A stretch of DNA of 63,617 bases, filler included, from Thermodesulfobacteriota bacterium (GTDB lineage Bacteria > DASVDK01): NCBI GenBank assembly GCA_036381125.1. It is 7 parts of 7 records of this genome, joined end to end, with 100 filler letters (N's around TTAATTAATTAA, not from the genome) between each part and the next. Parts side by side here need not be neighbours in the genome. Positions count along the whole stretch, not along the records: positions 47,501 to 55,382 come from DASVDK010000339.1; positions 55,483 to 60,159 come from DASVDK010000340.1; 5 more parts are not named here. One strand, given 5' to 3'. The translations under genes and the position numbers were made by a program. Positions within the stretch are counted from its first letter, which is position 1; each line of letters starts with the position of its first letter. The notes under the pieces are model-generated. The model made no database searches and had not been told where the DNA came from. It was given only the letters and a program-made list of their open reading frames with translations. Below are positions 48,004-58,182 of this stretch, in pieces.

Positions 48004-48933
48004 ATGCCCGCGTCGGGCCGCGAGCGCGCCGTCGGCCTCCTCTGCGCCGCGCTGGTTATCGTCATCTGGTCGAGCTTCATCCCGGTCTCGCGACTCGGCC
48101 TGTCGGGCGCGCTCGAGCCGCCCGATCTCGTCGCGCTCCGCTTCGCCGTGGCCGGCCTCGTCACGCTGCCGCTGCTGGCCCGCAAGGGGACCGGCGGGCT
48201 CGGGCCGCGGCGGGCCCTGGCCCTCGCCCTGACCGCCGGTATCGGCTTCTCGGTCCTCGCCTACCGGGGCCTCTCGCTCGCCCCGGCATCCCACGCCGCG
48301 GTGCTGATGCCCGGGGTACTGCCGCTCTGGACCGCCTGCCTCGCGAAGCTCTGGCTCCGCACCCCGCTCGGGCGGCTCACTTCGATCGGCCTCGGCCTGA
48401 TCGCCGCCGGGGTCGCGGCCATGGCGGCCGCCACCCTGGGCGGCGGCCCGGCCGGGCAGTGGGCCGGCGACCTCTGCTTCCTGGGCGCCTCGCTCTCGTG
48501 GGCCGTCTTCACCGTCGCGGCGCGCGCGTGGCAGGTGCCCCCGCTGCGGGCGGCGACCCTCGTGGCCGTGATCTCGGCGGCCTTCGTGCTGCCCGTCTAC
48601 CTCCTGGTGCTCGAGCCCCGCCTCGCGGCGGCCCCGCCGGGCGAGGTGCTCTTCCACGCGGTCTACCAGGGGCTCGTCGTCACCATCGTCGCCCTCGTCG
48701 CCTTCACGCGCGCCGTGGCGGCGCTCGGGCCCGCGCCGACCGCCATGATCACCGCCGCCGTCCCGGTCGCCGCCACCCTCTTCGCCGTTCCCCTTCTCGG
48801 CGAGCGCCCCTCGCTCGTGGAGATCGCCGGCCTCGCCCTGGTCACGGCCGGGATGCTGACGGCGGTGGTCGATGCCGCCGGACCGACGGGGCGTCGGGCC
48901 CGACCGACGATTCGTCGGCCTCCCGCGGCATAA
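48004..48933 (+). CDS. EamA/DMT family transporter
   Basis: About 10 TM segments in two EamA repeats (IWS.F, LRF, LLGE). Confidence 0.85.
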   Translation: MPASGRERAVGLLCAALVIVIWSSFIPVSRLGLSGALEPPDLVALRFAVAGLVTLPLLARKGTGGLGPRRALALALTAGIGFSVLAYRGLSLAPASHAAVLMPGVLPLWTACLAKLWLRTPLGRLTSIGLGLIAAGVAAMAAATLGGGPAGQWAGDLCFLGASLSWAVFTVAARAWQVPPLRAATLVAVISAAFVLPVYLLVLEPRLAAAPPGEVLFHAVYQGLVVTIVALVAFTRAVAALGPAPTAMITAAVPVAATLFAVPLLGERPSLVEIAGLALVTAGMLTAVVDAAGPTGRRARPTIRRPPAA

Positions 48934-49002
48934 TCAGCGCGGGCCGGCGGCACCCGCCGGCCGGTGCACGGCCGTGTCGGCCCGAGGATGGACGGTGTCG
49001 TG

Positions 49003-49506
49003 ATGCGTACGGATGGCTCTCGCAGGGTGGCGGGCCCGGAGGCGGCCGACGGCCGGCGCTCCGCGGTGGACGAGGTCGACGAGGCGATCCTCCGCGTGCT
49101 GCGCAGGAACGCACGGCTCTCCCAGGAGCAGATCGGGCACGAGATCAACCTGTCCCGCCCCGCGGTGCACGAGCGGATGCGCCGACTCGAGGCGCGGGGG
49201 GTGATCCACGGCTACACGGTCCGCGTCGACTGGGCGGCGCTCGGGCTGCCCTTCGCGGCGTTCGTGGCGGTCAAGACGGAGGGGCGCAAGTACACCGAGG
49301 TCGAGCGCGCCATCCTCGACCTCGAGGGCCGCGACGCCGAGGTCGAGGAGAGCCATACCCTGGTCGGGGAGTGGTGCCTCCTGGTCAAGGTTCGGGCCGC
49401 GTCGTCGCCGGCGCTCCAGCGCTTGCTCGATCGCATCCGCGAGGTGCCGGGGGTCAAGACCACGCGGACGACGATCATCCTCTCGTCGCGAGCGAACGAC
49501 GCCTAG
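49003..49506 (+). CDS. Lrp/AsnC family transcriptional regulator
   Basis: DEVDEAILRVLRRNAR, LSRPAVHERMRRLEARGVIHGY, GVKTTRT. Start uncertain. Confidence 0.88.
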   Translation: MRTDGSRRVAGPEAADGRRSAVDEVDEAILRVLRRNARLSQEQIGHEINLSRPAVHERMRRLEARGVIHGYTVRVDWAALGLPFAAFVAVKTEGRKYTEVERAILDLEGRDAEVEESHTLVGEWCLLVKVRAASSPALQRLLDRIREVPGVKTTRTTIILSSRANDA

Positions 49507-49924
49507 AGCCGATTGCGCGTCAGCCTACGGGGTAGCCGCAGTGGCGGAACCAGCCGCGGGCGTCATCAGGGGTGATCGCCGCGAGCGCGGCCGTGACGGC
49601 GTCGTCCAGGGCCTCGTGCGGGCGCGCCTTGGCCGCGCCACGCCGCCCGCCTCGGCCTGGCTCTCGGGCCGGTCGCGTTCGGCGGCGTGGAGCGCGGAGC
49701 CGGCCCTCCGTGTGCGGCCGCGCGGCGATCGTCCCCGTCGTCCGCCGCCGGGGCAACAGCTTCTCCACGAACGACAGCCTGACGAGGAACCGCCGGGCGA
49801 CGGCTCGGTGGGCCAGCCCCGCGTTGCAGGCCTGCACGATCCGCTGCCGCAGGTCGTCGGAACAGGGCTGCATGGCCTCGGCCTACCCGTCCCCCGCTCC
49901 TTACACCACCGGGATCCGCTCTAG
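49503..49924 (-). mobile_element. Internally deleted IS630-family element (MITE-like), CTAG-flanked
   Basis: ORF 49520..49873 joins an IS630 N-terminus (SDDLRQRIV...VARRF...GTIAARPH) to an IS630 C-terminus (ITPDDARGWFRHCGY) with no DDE core. Imperfect terminal IRs CTAGAGCCGATT / CTAGAGCGGATC. Confidence 0.8.
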
Positions 49925-50337
49925 CGGGCGCTCCGCGGCCCGAGGCGGCGCCGCTGTACCTCCCCCGCGACGACCGGCATGACGAGGAGCGTGAGGAGGA
50001 CCAGCGGCCACAGCCGGCCGGCGAAGACGTCGTAGTCCGCCAGCAGGCGCTGCCAGGAGTGTCCCGCCACGTAGCGCCCGAAGCCGAACTCGAAGACGAC
50101 GGTCGCGACCGCCCACCCGACGCCGACGGCCGCCAGCGCGGACCGGTCGCGCGAGGGGCAGAACCAGCCGACCGTCCGCCAGATCAGGGCGGCGAAGACC
50201 GCGACGACGACGAGCGTGCCGACGACGTGCGCCCGCGGCTCGCCGAGGCGCGGCTCGAGCAGGCCGACGCGAAGGGCGCCTGCTCCCACCGCGACGACGA
50301 GCAGCAGGAGCCAGACGGCGGCGGCCCGGCCGATCAT
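49921..50337 (-). CDS. Small 4-TM membrane protein of unknown function
   Basis: Four hydrophobic segments, FEFGFGRYVAGHSWQRLLADY. ATGA overlap with the GNAT stop. Confidence 0.75.
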   Translation of the reverse strand: MIGRAAAVWLLLLVVAVGAGALRVGLLEPRLGEPRAHVVGTLVVVAVFAALIWRTVGWFCPSRDRSALAAVGVGWAVATVVFEFGFGRYVAGHSWQRLLADYDVFAGRLWPLVLLTLLVMPVVAGEVQRRRLGPRSAR

Positions 50338-50777
50338 CCGCGCAGGTAGAGGCCGGGACGGGCGACCTCCATGTAGGATGCGGGATCGGCCAGCGCGCGG
50401 AACCCGAACCGCGCGTAGAGCCCGTGCGCGTCCCGCGTGACGAGCAGCAGGCGCCTCAAGCCTTTGAGCGCCGGATGGGCCATCACCGTCTCGACGAGCC
50501 AGGCGCCGAGCCCTTCGCCGCGGTACGGCTCGAGCACGTACACGTCGCAGAGATAGGCGAACGTCGCCTGGTCGGTGACGACCCGGGCGAACCCGATCTG
50601 CGCGTCGCCCGCGTAGAGGCCGAAGCAGAGCGATCCCTCGATGGACCGTGCGACGACCTCGCGCGGGATCCCCAGGGCCCAGTACGATCGGCTGAGGTAG
50701 GCGTGGATGGCGTCGAGGTCGAGCCGCGACCGGTCGGTCGAGATCGTGTAGGGCCCGCGAGTCGTCTCGAAGGTCAC
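50334..50777 (-). CDS. GNAT family N-acetyltransferase
   Basis: ISTDRSRLD, SYWA, GFARVVTD, DVYVLEPYRGEGLG, DAHGLYARFGF. RBS GGGAGG before GTG 50777. Confidence 0.9.
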   Translation of the reverse strand: MTFETTRGPYTISTDRSRLDLDAIHAYLSRSYWALGIPREVVARSIEGSLCFGLYAGDAQIGFARVVTDQATFAYLCDVYVLEPYRGEGLGAWLVETVMAHPALKGLRRLLLVTRDAHGLYARFGFRALADPASYMEVARPGLYLRG

Positions 50778-51072
50778 GGTCGCCAGTCCTCCCTTCGGCT
50801 CCGGCGGACGGTCGCGCTCGCCGGCGGCCGCGTCGTCTCCGAGCCTGGCGCGCCGGCCGCCTGCGCGCGCCCTCCTGGGGAAGGCCTGAATCATTCCATG
50901 GGCCTCCGCCGCCAGAGGCGCCTGAGAGTTCCTTTCATGACCTCCGTTCGATCTCGCGGTAGAGGATGAGGCCGCAGCCGAGCCGCTGGCTCGACTCGAT
51001 GCCGCGTCGGGCGATGCGCGGGGTGAAGTGCCCTGCTGGGTCAGGTTCATGACGGCCAGAATCCGAGCCCTG

Positions 51073-51295
51073 TTACTTCAGCTCGGCACGGGCGGCCCGA
51101 AGCACCTCACTCGCCGGTCGGCCACCGCCGGCCGTGGCGTCCCACTCCTGGTCGCGCCGCTCGGCTTCTTCAGCCCAGAGCCGGGCGTTCTCCTCGTCGG
51201 AGAGGACCTCGAGACTCTCCAGCAGCGTCTCGGCGAGCCGCGCGCGCCTTCGGGTCGAGTTTCAGGGCCTCGGCCTCGATCTCGTCGATACGCAT
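51073..51295 (-). pseudogene. Addiction-module antitoxin (TIGR02574-like), frameshifted
   Basis: MRIDEIEAEALKLDPKAR, then in another frame RLAETLLESL...LWAEEAERRD...EVLRAARAELK*. The span is 223 nt; adding 2 nt in the (CG)n run at about 51239-51247 restores the frame. Confidence 0.8.
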
Positions 51296-51458
51296 GATCG
51301 TCATTCTAGAGCGTCTGCGCGTTTCCTGCTCTGTCGGCCCAACGCTCCCGCTCAGCAGGGCGCCACGGCGGCGGCGAGGGCCCCGCGCCAGCGGCGAGGG
51401 CCGGCGGCGGCGGTGAGGCCTCGCGACGGCGGCCCGTCGGCGTGCTACACCGAGCAGC

Positions 51459-52733
51459 ATGCCCGCACCCGACGGCCGGCGACTCGACCGGACCCTGACG
51501 CTCGGCCCGGCCGTCGGCCTCGCCATCGGCCTCGTGGTCGGCAGCGGGCTCCTCGTGCTGCCGGGGCTCGCCTACCAGCGCTCTGGCGGCGCGGCCATCT
51601 ACGCCTGGCTGGTCGACGCGTTGCTGGTCGTGCCGCTCCTCGTCGTCTTCGCCCGCCTCGCCGCCCGGTACCCGAGCGCGGGCGGGGTGGCGGCCTTCGT
51701 CGAGACCGCCTTCGGCCGCCGCGCCGCCGCCGCGGTGGAGGTGCTCCTCCTGGGGACCTTCGTCTTCGGAGGGCCGGCCATGGCGCTCACCGGCGGCTAC
51801 TCGCTCGCGGCGGCCGTCGGAGGCGGCGGGGCGACCGCCCTCGGTGGGGCGCTCGCCCTCCTGGCCCTCGCCTTCGTGGTGAACGCGCGGGGGGCGCAGA
51901 TCTCGGGCCGGGTGCAGCAGGTTCTGGCGTACGGGATGGTCCTGCTCCTCGGCGCCGCGGCGGTCGGCGCGCTGGTCGCGGGAGGCCGGGAGGGGGCCGG
52001 CGTCTCGCCGCCCGCCGCGTGGGCCGCGTCGCTCCCGGCCCTGGGGCTCGTCTTCTGGGCCTACGCCGGCTGGGAGATGCTCGCCTTCACGGCCGAGGAG
52101 TACGTGAACCCGGCGAGGGACTTCCCGAGGGCCGTCGCCATCAGCTTCGGGGTGGTGGTCCTTCTCTACCTCGGCGTTGCCGCGGCGGTCCAGGTCACGC
52201 TGCCGCCGGACGCGCCGCGCCTCGCCACGGCGTCGGTCGCGGCGCTGTTCGGGACGGTCTACGGCGGGTGGGGCGGCACGTTCGCCGCGCTCGTCGGAGT
52301 CGTGATGGTGGCGGCGAACCTCGTGGCCGGCACCTTTGCCGCGTCCCGGCTCGTCTTCGCGTCGGCGCGCGCCGGGCTCTTGCCGGCCGCGCTCGCGCGC
52401 CTGGATCCGGCCACCGGCGCCCCGCGGGCCTCGGTGGCGGCCAACGTCGGCGTGTTCGCGGCCCTCGCCTGCGCCGGAGCTGCCGGTCTCGCCGGGCTCG
52501 ACACGATGCTCGAGGTGGCCGGCCGCAACTTCCTCGTGCTCTACGGGCTCGGCGTGGCCGCCTATCTGCGCCTGGTCCCGTCCGGGGGAGGCCGCCTGGT
52601 GGGGCTGGTCGCCCTCGTCCTCGTCCTGGCCATGGCGGCGACCTTCGGCGCGGGGCTGCTCTACCCGGCGGCGCTCCTCGCGGCGGGGCTTCTGCTGGCG
52701 GGGCGCCGGCCGCTCGTCCGGCCGCGCGACTGA
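51459..52733 (+). CDS. APC-family amino acid permease (YjeH-like)
   Basis: VGSGLLVLPG, PSAGG, FWAYAGWE, AEEYVNPARDFP, about 12 TM segments. Confidence 0.85.
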   Translation: MPAPDGRRLDRTLTLGPAVGLAIGLVVGSGLLVLPGLAYQRSGGAAIYAWLVDALLVVPLLVVFARLAARYPSAGGVAAFVETAFGRRAAAAVEVLLLGTFVFGGPAMALTGGYSLAAAVGGGGATALGGALALLALAFVVNARGAQISGRVQQVLAYGMVLLLGAAAVGALVAGGREGAGVSPPAAWAASLPALGLVFWAYAGWEMLAFTAEEYVNPARDFPRAVAISFGVVVLLYLGVAAAVQVTLPPDAPRLATASVAALFGTVYGGWGGTFAALVGVVMVAANLVAGTFAASRLVFASARAGLLPAALARLDPATGAPRASVAANVGVFAALACAGAAGLAGLDTMLEVAGRNFLVLYGLGVAAYLRLVPSGGGRLVGLVALVLVLAMAATFGAGLLYPAALLAAGLLLAGRRPLVRPRD

Positions 52734-52771
52734 CGCGCGCGGCCGAGTACGGGTGGACGGCGCGGGTCGAC

Positions 52772-54085
52772 TCAGCGGTGAGGCGGAACGGAGGCCGGGG
52801 CGGGGCGGGCCGCGAGCCCGCTGTCCAGGAGGGCCTGGGCGGCCTCGGCCACCCGCTCGTCGCTGTCGAGCGACATCGGGTACCGGCGGGCCTCGGGGTA
52901 GACTTCCACGATGCGGCGCAGGGCCTGCGCGGCCTGCGCGGCGTCGCGCAGGTCGAACGCGAGCACGTTGGCCTTGACGAAGAGCGCCGCGGCGGCGAGG
53001 TCGGCGTTCTGCCCGTGCTTGAGGACGACCCGGTCCATCTCGGCGACCGCGCGGGCGGGGTCGTTGAGGCGCCGGAGGGCGAGGTCGGCCAGGCGATCGA
53101 GCGCGCGGACCGCGTGATGCTCGGTGTCGCCGTAGAAGGCGAAGGTGAAGGTCGAGTGCCGGTCGATCAGCTCGCGGTAGCGGGCGATGGCGGCCTCGAA
53201 CCGGGCGCGGCGGCCTGCGGCGTCGCCGGCGGGGAGCGCCATCGCCAGCTCCACCTGGGCCTCGGCCGCCAGCTCGCGCGCTCGCACGCGGACGTACTCG
53301 TGCGTCGACTCGGCGGCCACCCGGTCGTAGGCGGCCACCGGGGGCGGGCCCCCGTGCTGTCGCGCGTGCCGCCTCAGCGTCAGGAGCGCGGCCTCGTCGA
53401 AGTACGACTCGCCCTCGTAGAGCAACAGGCGCTCGGCCGGGAAGTTGCGGATGAGGGCGAGCAGGATCGCCTCGGCGACCTCGGGGCGGCCGTCGCGCGC
53501 CTCCACTTCGGCCAGGGCGAGCCGGGCGAAGGGGGCGGCGCGACCGCCGTAGCCCTCGGGACCGAGGCCGCGGAAGCCGTCGGTCGAGACGATCGCGTCG
53601 GGGTAGCGGGCGGCGAGCTGCTCGAAGCGGGCCCGCGCGCGGGCGTAGTCCCGCGCGACGTCGCGCTGGTAGAGGCCCCGCTCGGCGAGGATCACGGCCT
53701 TGAGGCTGGTCGGCTCGTTGCCGACGTCGATCGGCTCGGTGTCCGGGTAGGTCCGATCGAGCCGGTCGAGGACGGCGAGAGCCGCCGGCCACTGCCCGCG
53801 GTCCTTGTAGATGTGGTAGATCTCTGCGAGCGCGCCCTTGGCGTCCTCGCTGCCGGGCGCGAGCGCGGCGACCCGCTCGTAGAGCCGGATGATGGCGGCG
53901 TAGTCGATCGGGGTCCGCTCGTAGAGGTCGCCGATCTTCTCGTAGAGGTCGGTCAGCTCCCGGTCGCGCGCCGCGGCCGGGTCCTCTCCCGACCGGGCGG
54001 GCGCACCGGCGGCCGGTCGTGGCACGATGATCAGGAGCACGGTCACCACGACGAGCGCCGCGACCGTGCGGTGTCGGGCCGACAT
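52772..54085 (-). CDS. Secreted TPR-repeat protein
   Basis: Signal peptide, then repeated helical hairpins (ARARFEQLAARYPD, AIARYRELIDRH, LRRIVEVYPE). Confidence 0.7.
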   Translation of the reverse strand: MSARHRTVAALVVVTVLLIIVPRPAAGAPARSGEDPAAARDRELTDLYEKIGDLYERTPIDYAAIIRLYERVAALAPGSEDAKGALAEIYHIYKDRGQWPAALAVLDRLDRTYPDTEPIDVGNEPTSLKAVILAERGLYQRDVARDYARARARFEQLAARYPDAIVSTDGFRGLGPEGYGGRAAPFARLALAEVEARDGRPEVAEAILLALIRNFPAERLLLYEGESYFDEAALLTLRRHARQHGGPPPVAAYDRVAAESTHEYVRVRARELAAEAQVELAMALPAGDAAGRRARFEAAIARYRELIDRHSTFTFAFYGDTEHHAVRALDRLADLALRRLNDPARAVAEMDRVVLKHGQNADLAAAALFVKANVLAFDLRDAAQAAQALRRIVEVYPEARRYPMSLDSDERVAEAAQALLDSGLAARPAPASVPPHR

Positions 54086-54174
54086 GCCAGGATCCCCGCC
54101 GAACCGGCGGGTGTGTACCAGAACTCGCGCCACGATGTCAACCGAACCGGGAGCGCCTGGGACCGCCGCCGCAT

Positions 54175-55071
54175 ATGAACCGCCGACTCGTCGCCGATCT
54201 CCTCCTCGTGCTCGTCTGCGTCTTCTGGGGCGCGACCTTCGTGGTCGTGAAGGAGGCCGTCGCCCTCGTCCCCGTGAACGCCTTCCTCGCCATCCGCTTC
54301 TGCCTCGCCGCGGTCGTCCTGGTCGTCCTCTTCGCGCCCCGGATGCGGGCGCTCGGTCCCGGCACGGCGGCCGCCGCGGCCGTCCTCGGGACGGTGCTCT
54401 TCGCCGGGTACGCCCTGCAGACCTACGGGCTCGCCCTCACCACCGCGTCGAACGCCGGCTTCCTGACCGGCCTGTCGGTGATCCTCGTGCCGCTCTTCTC
54501 GGCGCTCGTGTTCGGCGTCCGGCCGGCGCCTCGCGTCTGGGTCGCGGTGGCGCTGGCGACCGGGGGGCTGTACCTCCTCGCGGCCCCCGGTGACGGCAGC
54601 CACGCCCGCGTCGAGTTCAACCCGGGCGACGCCCTCGTCGTCGGGGGGGCGGTGGCCTTTGCCTGGCACATCCTCCTGACCGGGCGGTTCGCGCGGCGAT
54701 ACGATCCGATCCTCCTCGCCACGGTCCAGATCGCCACGACCGGGCTGCTCGGGACGGCGGCGGCGCTGGTCGTGGACGGCGGCATCCCGCTCGTCCTGCC
54801 GAAGGCGGTCTGGAGCGCCGTCGTCGTGACGGCGCTCTTCGCGACGGTCTTCGCCTTCGTCGTCCAGACGGCGGCGCAGCGCTACACGTCCGCGACCCGT
54901 ACCGCGCTGATCTTCACCCTGGAGCCGGTCTTCGCCGCGCTCGCCGCCTGGCTCTACGCCGGCGAGCCGATGACCGCCTCGCGGCTCGCCGGCGGCGCGC
55001 TGATCGTCGTCGCCATGGGGGCCGTCGCGTCGTCACCGGACTGCGGACCGGGCCCGGGGACCCCGGCCTGA
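54175..55071 (+). CDS. EamA/DMT family transporter
   Basis: WGATFVVVK, RF, LQTYGL, GFLTGL, QRYTSATRTALIFTLEPVFA. Confidence 0.9.
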   Translation: MNRRLVADLLLVLVCVFWGATFVVVKEAVALVPVNAFLAIRFCLAAVVLVVLFAPRMRALGPGTAAAAAVLGTVLFAGYALQTYGLALTTASNAGFLTGLSVILVPLFSALVFGVRPAPRVWVAVALATGGLYLLAAPGDGSHARVEFNPGDALVVGGAVAFAWHILLTGRFARRYDPILLATVQIATTGLLGTAAALVVDGGIPLVLPKAVWSAVVVTALFATVFAFVVQTAAQRYTSATRTALIFTLEPVFAALAAWLYAGEPMTASRLAGGALIVVAMGAVASSPDCGPGPGTPA

Positions 55072-55305
55072 GGACCCGCAAAATCTATCGGCCCGGAGAC
55101 GATCTCCGTCACGCTCGTGCAACATCTGTTCTGGATCACGAACGTTTTCGCCGACTCGATCCGACCTTGCCGATCGCTTGCCCCGGCGGCATGCGTCCTG
55201 CACCCGCGGCCTGCCGCGACACGCGTGCTGCCGCGCGGCCCCGCGGTGCGGCGGCCGCCCGGGACCTCCCGTCGCGCGCGAGACCACCCTTGAGAGGCGG
55301 AGGGG

Positions 55306-55382
55306 ATGCGAGGACGCGGGCTCGAAGTCCGTCGGCGTTACCGGCTCGTGGCTCCCTGGGCCGGAGCCGCGCTCGTCGTGGT
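55306..55382 (+). CDS. 5' fragment of a probable exported protein (cut by contig end)
   Basis: RBS GGAGGGG, MRGRGLEVRRRYRLVAPWAGAALVV..., and a sigma54-like CGGCATGCGTCCTGCA at 55187-55202. Confidence 0.35.
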
Positions 55383-55482
55383 NNNNNNNNNNNNNNNNNN
55401 NNNNNNNNNNNNNNNNNNNNNNNNNNTTAATTAATTAANNNNNNNNNNNNNNNNNNNNNNNNNNNNNNNNNNNNNNNNNNNN
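55383..55482. other. Artificial contig linker
   Basis: Same N/TTAATTAATTAA/N structure. Confidence 0.99.
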
Positions 55483-56545
55483 TCTGCTCGTCGTTCATGA
55501 GCCCGGCATGGTTGTCCTTGTGGCCGGCGAAGGGGAGCCCGAAGCCCTTGATCGTGTAGGCGATGAAGCAGCGCGGCCGGTCGTCGGCCTCGGCCGCGCG
55601 GAAGGCCTCGAGCACCGACTCCATGTCGTGGCCCGCGAGATTGGTCATGAGGGCGTGGAGGCTCGCGTCGTCGTGGTCGTCGAGGATGGCGCGAACGCCC
55701 CGGACGTCGCCGATGTCCCGCGCGAGCCGCTCGCGCCAGGCGGCGCCCCCCTTGTAGGTCAGCGCCGAGTAGAGGGAGTTCGGGCAGTCGTCGATCCAGC
55801 GCCTGAGCGCGTCGCCGCCCGGCCGCGCGAAGGCGTCGAGGAGCCGCTTGCCGTACTTGAGCGTCACCACCTCGAAGCCGGTCGTCCGGAAGATGTCGTC
55901 GAAGCGGCCGAAGAGGCGGTCGGTGACGACCGCGTCGAGGCTCTGGCGGTTGTAGTCGATGACCCACCAGAGGTTGCGGACGCCGTGCTTCCAGCCCTCG
56001 AGCATCGCCTCGAAGACGTTGCCCTCGTCGAGCTCGGCGTCGCCGAGGAGCGCGACCATGCGCCCCGGCGGCTCGCCCGCCCGCACGAGGCCGTGCTCGC
56101 GGACGTAGTCCTGCACGAGCGACGCGAAGAGGGTCACCGCCACGCCGAGCCCCACCGACCCGGTGGAGAAGTCGACGTCCTCGGTGTCCTTCGTGCGCGA
56201 CGGGTACGACTGCGCCCCGCCGAGCGCCCGGAACCGCTCGAGCTTCTCGCGGCGCTGCCGGCCGAGCAGGTAGAGGATGGCGTGCAGGACCGGGCTCGCG
56301 TGCGGCTTCACCGCGACCCGGTCCTGCGGTCTGAGCACGTCGAAGTAGAGCGCCGTCATGAGCGTGACGACGGAGGCCGACGAGGCCTGGTGGCCGCCCA
56401 CCTTGAGCCCGTCGCGGTTCGCCCGGACGCGGTTGGCGTGGTGGATCGTCCAGGTGGAGAGCCAGAGGACCTTCCGCTCGAGTTCGCGCAGGACGGCCAG
56501 GCTGTCGGCGTCGACAGTCGGCCGCCGGATGCCCGCGATCGCCAT
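55483..56545 (-). CDS. AceE-type 2-oxoacid dehydrogenase E1 / transketolase-like TPP enzyme (3' truncated)
   Basis: [32 protein letters not shown] motif GDAELDEG...NRQSLD, TIKG. Confidence 0.88.
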
Positions 56546-56648
56546 GCCCCATTCTATCCCGCCCTCCCGGCAGCGGATTGCGATCATGGCGAGCTACCCT
56601 GGCCTCCGAGCAATAGTATGCCAAGGGCTCGAACCAGGGAGGCGAAAC

Positions 56649-57125
56649 GTGCCAAAGACGCTCGACGAGATCGACCGGCGGATTCTCGCCCTCCTCCAGG
56701 AGGAGGCGCGGATGCCCAACGTGGAGCTGGCCGGCAGGGTGGGGCTCTCCCCGTCCCCCTGCCTGCGCCGCGTGCGCGAGCTGGAGCGGACGGGAGTGAT
56801 CCGGCGCTACGTGACCCTGGTCGACCCCGCGGCGGTCGGGCTGCCGATCAGCGTCTTCGTGGCCGTCACCCTCGAGAAGCAGATCGAGTCCGAACTCGAG
56901 CGCTTCGAGGCGGCGGTCCGCAAGCGCCCCGAGATCATGGAGTGCTACCTGATGACGGGCGAGTACGACTACCTGCTGCGGGTGGTCGTCAAGGACCTCG
57001 TGGCCTACGAGCGGTTCCTCATGGACAGCCTCACCCGCATCAAGGGGGTGGCCAGCATCAAGTCGAGCTTCGCGCTCAAGCAGGTGCAATACCGGACCGC
57101 GCTGCCGCTCACCCGTAGCGAGTAG
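56649..57125 (+). CDS. Lrp/AsnC family regulator, divergent from the E1 gene
   Basis: [52 protein letters not shown]. Confidence 0.93.
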   Translation: MPKTLDEIDRRILALLQEEARMPNVELAGRVGLSPSPCLRRVRELERTGVIRRYVTLVDPAAVGLPISVFVAVTLEKQIESELERFEAAVRKRPEIMECYLMTGEYDYLLRVVVKDLVAYERFLMDSLTRIKGVASIKSSFALKQVQYRTALPLTRSE

Positions 57126-57291
57126 CGCGCCTTCGCGGGATGCCGACCGGCAGGTCGTCGAGCGCGTCGAGGAGGAGGAGGCGCCGGCCGGCGAGCCGGG
57201 CGGCCGATGGGCGGCGCGCGCTGCCGGGTGCAGGGCATGCGGAGTGCAGAGGGGCAAAGGAGCCCTGGAAGGTCCGTCTGGAGAGCCCGCC

Positions 57292-58182
57292 ATGATCCCC
57301 ACGAGTCGTTCCCTCGCTCTTGTCCTGTCCGTCGCGGTCCTCACCGGTTGCGCCTCGGCGCGGGGCGCGAGCCTCGGCGGCGACGCGCCCGCGCTCCCGG
57401 CGGTGACGGTGAACGAGTTCATCGCCATGCAGCCCGCCGAGCGCCAGCAGGAGATCGCCGCCGCCCAGCGGGAGCTGCGGATGGCCGAGCGGCGAGCCGA
57501 ACGGGCCGCGGCCCTCGTGCCGGTCGCCGAGACCCAGCTGCGGATCGCGCGCGCCGACGTGCAGAACCGGAAGGCGGCGGTCCAGCGCTCGGATGCAAAC
57601 GTGGCCCTCGTCCGCCGGCAGCACGAGGCCGTCTTCCTGGGCGTCCCCGCGGACACCGAGAAGGTGCCGGAGGACGTCGAGCAGGCGCTCCGGCGACTGG
57701 ACGAGGCGGAGCACGCGGTGGACGTGGCCCGCTGGGAGCAGGAGGCGGCCGAGGCGCTGGAGCGCGTGCGCGAGGAGGAGCTGGCCTACGCGCAGGCCTT
57801 CCGCAACGCCGCGCAGCGGGACGTCGAGCTGCAGCAGGCGGAGACCGACCTCGCGCGGATACGGCTCGTGACCCGGGCGACGGCGGACATCCTGCCGGGC
57901 GTCGCCGATCCGCGGCTGTCGCTGGCCCAGTCGCGGGTGCAGGAGGCCCGGGCCGGCTACGCCGAGGCGCATGCCGAGGCGATGGGCCGGCTGGCTGCGT
58001 CCCAGATGCGCCGCGCCGGCATGGCGAACTACCAGTACGGGCCTCCGGCGATGGTGTCCCTCTCGGGCTCGCCGGGAGGGTCGGAGGCGCCGGGGCTCGT
58101 GCCGAGCACCGCCGCGATCGAGCCGGAGCCGCTGCCGTGGCCCAACGCCTGGGAGGAGCCGCCGGCCGGCCAGCCTAGGTGA
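57292..58182 (+). CDS. Coiled-coil lipoprotein of unknown function
   Basis: Lipobox VLTGC, long Ala/Glu/Gln/Arg helical region, Pro-rich tail. Confidence 0.7.
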   Translation: MIPTSRSLALVLSVAVLTGCASARGASLGGDAPALPAVTVNEFIAMQPAERQQEIAAAQRELRMAERRAERAAALVPVAETQLRIARADVQNRKAAVQRSDANVALVRRQHEAVFLGVPADTEKVPEDVEQALRRLDEAEHAVDVARWEQEAAEALERVREEELAYAQAFRNAAQRDVELQQAETDLARIRLVTRATADILPGVADPRLSLAQSRVQEARAGYAEAHAEAMGRLAASQMRRAGMANYQYGPPAMVSLSGSPGGSEAPGLVPSTAAIEPEPLPWPNAWEEPPAGQPR

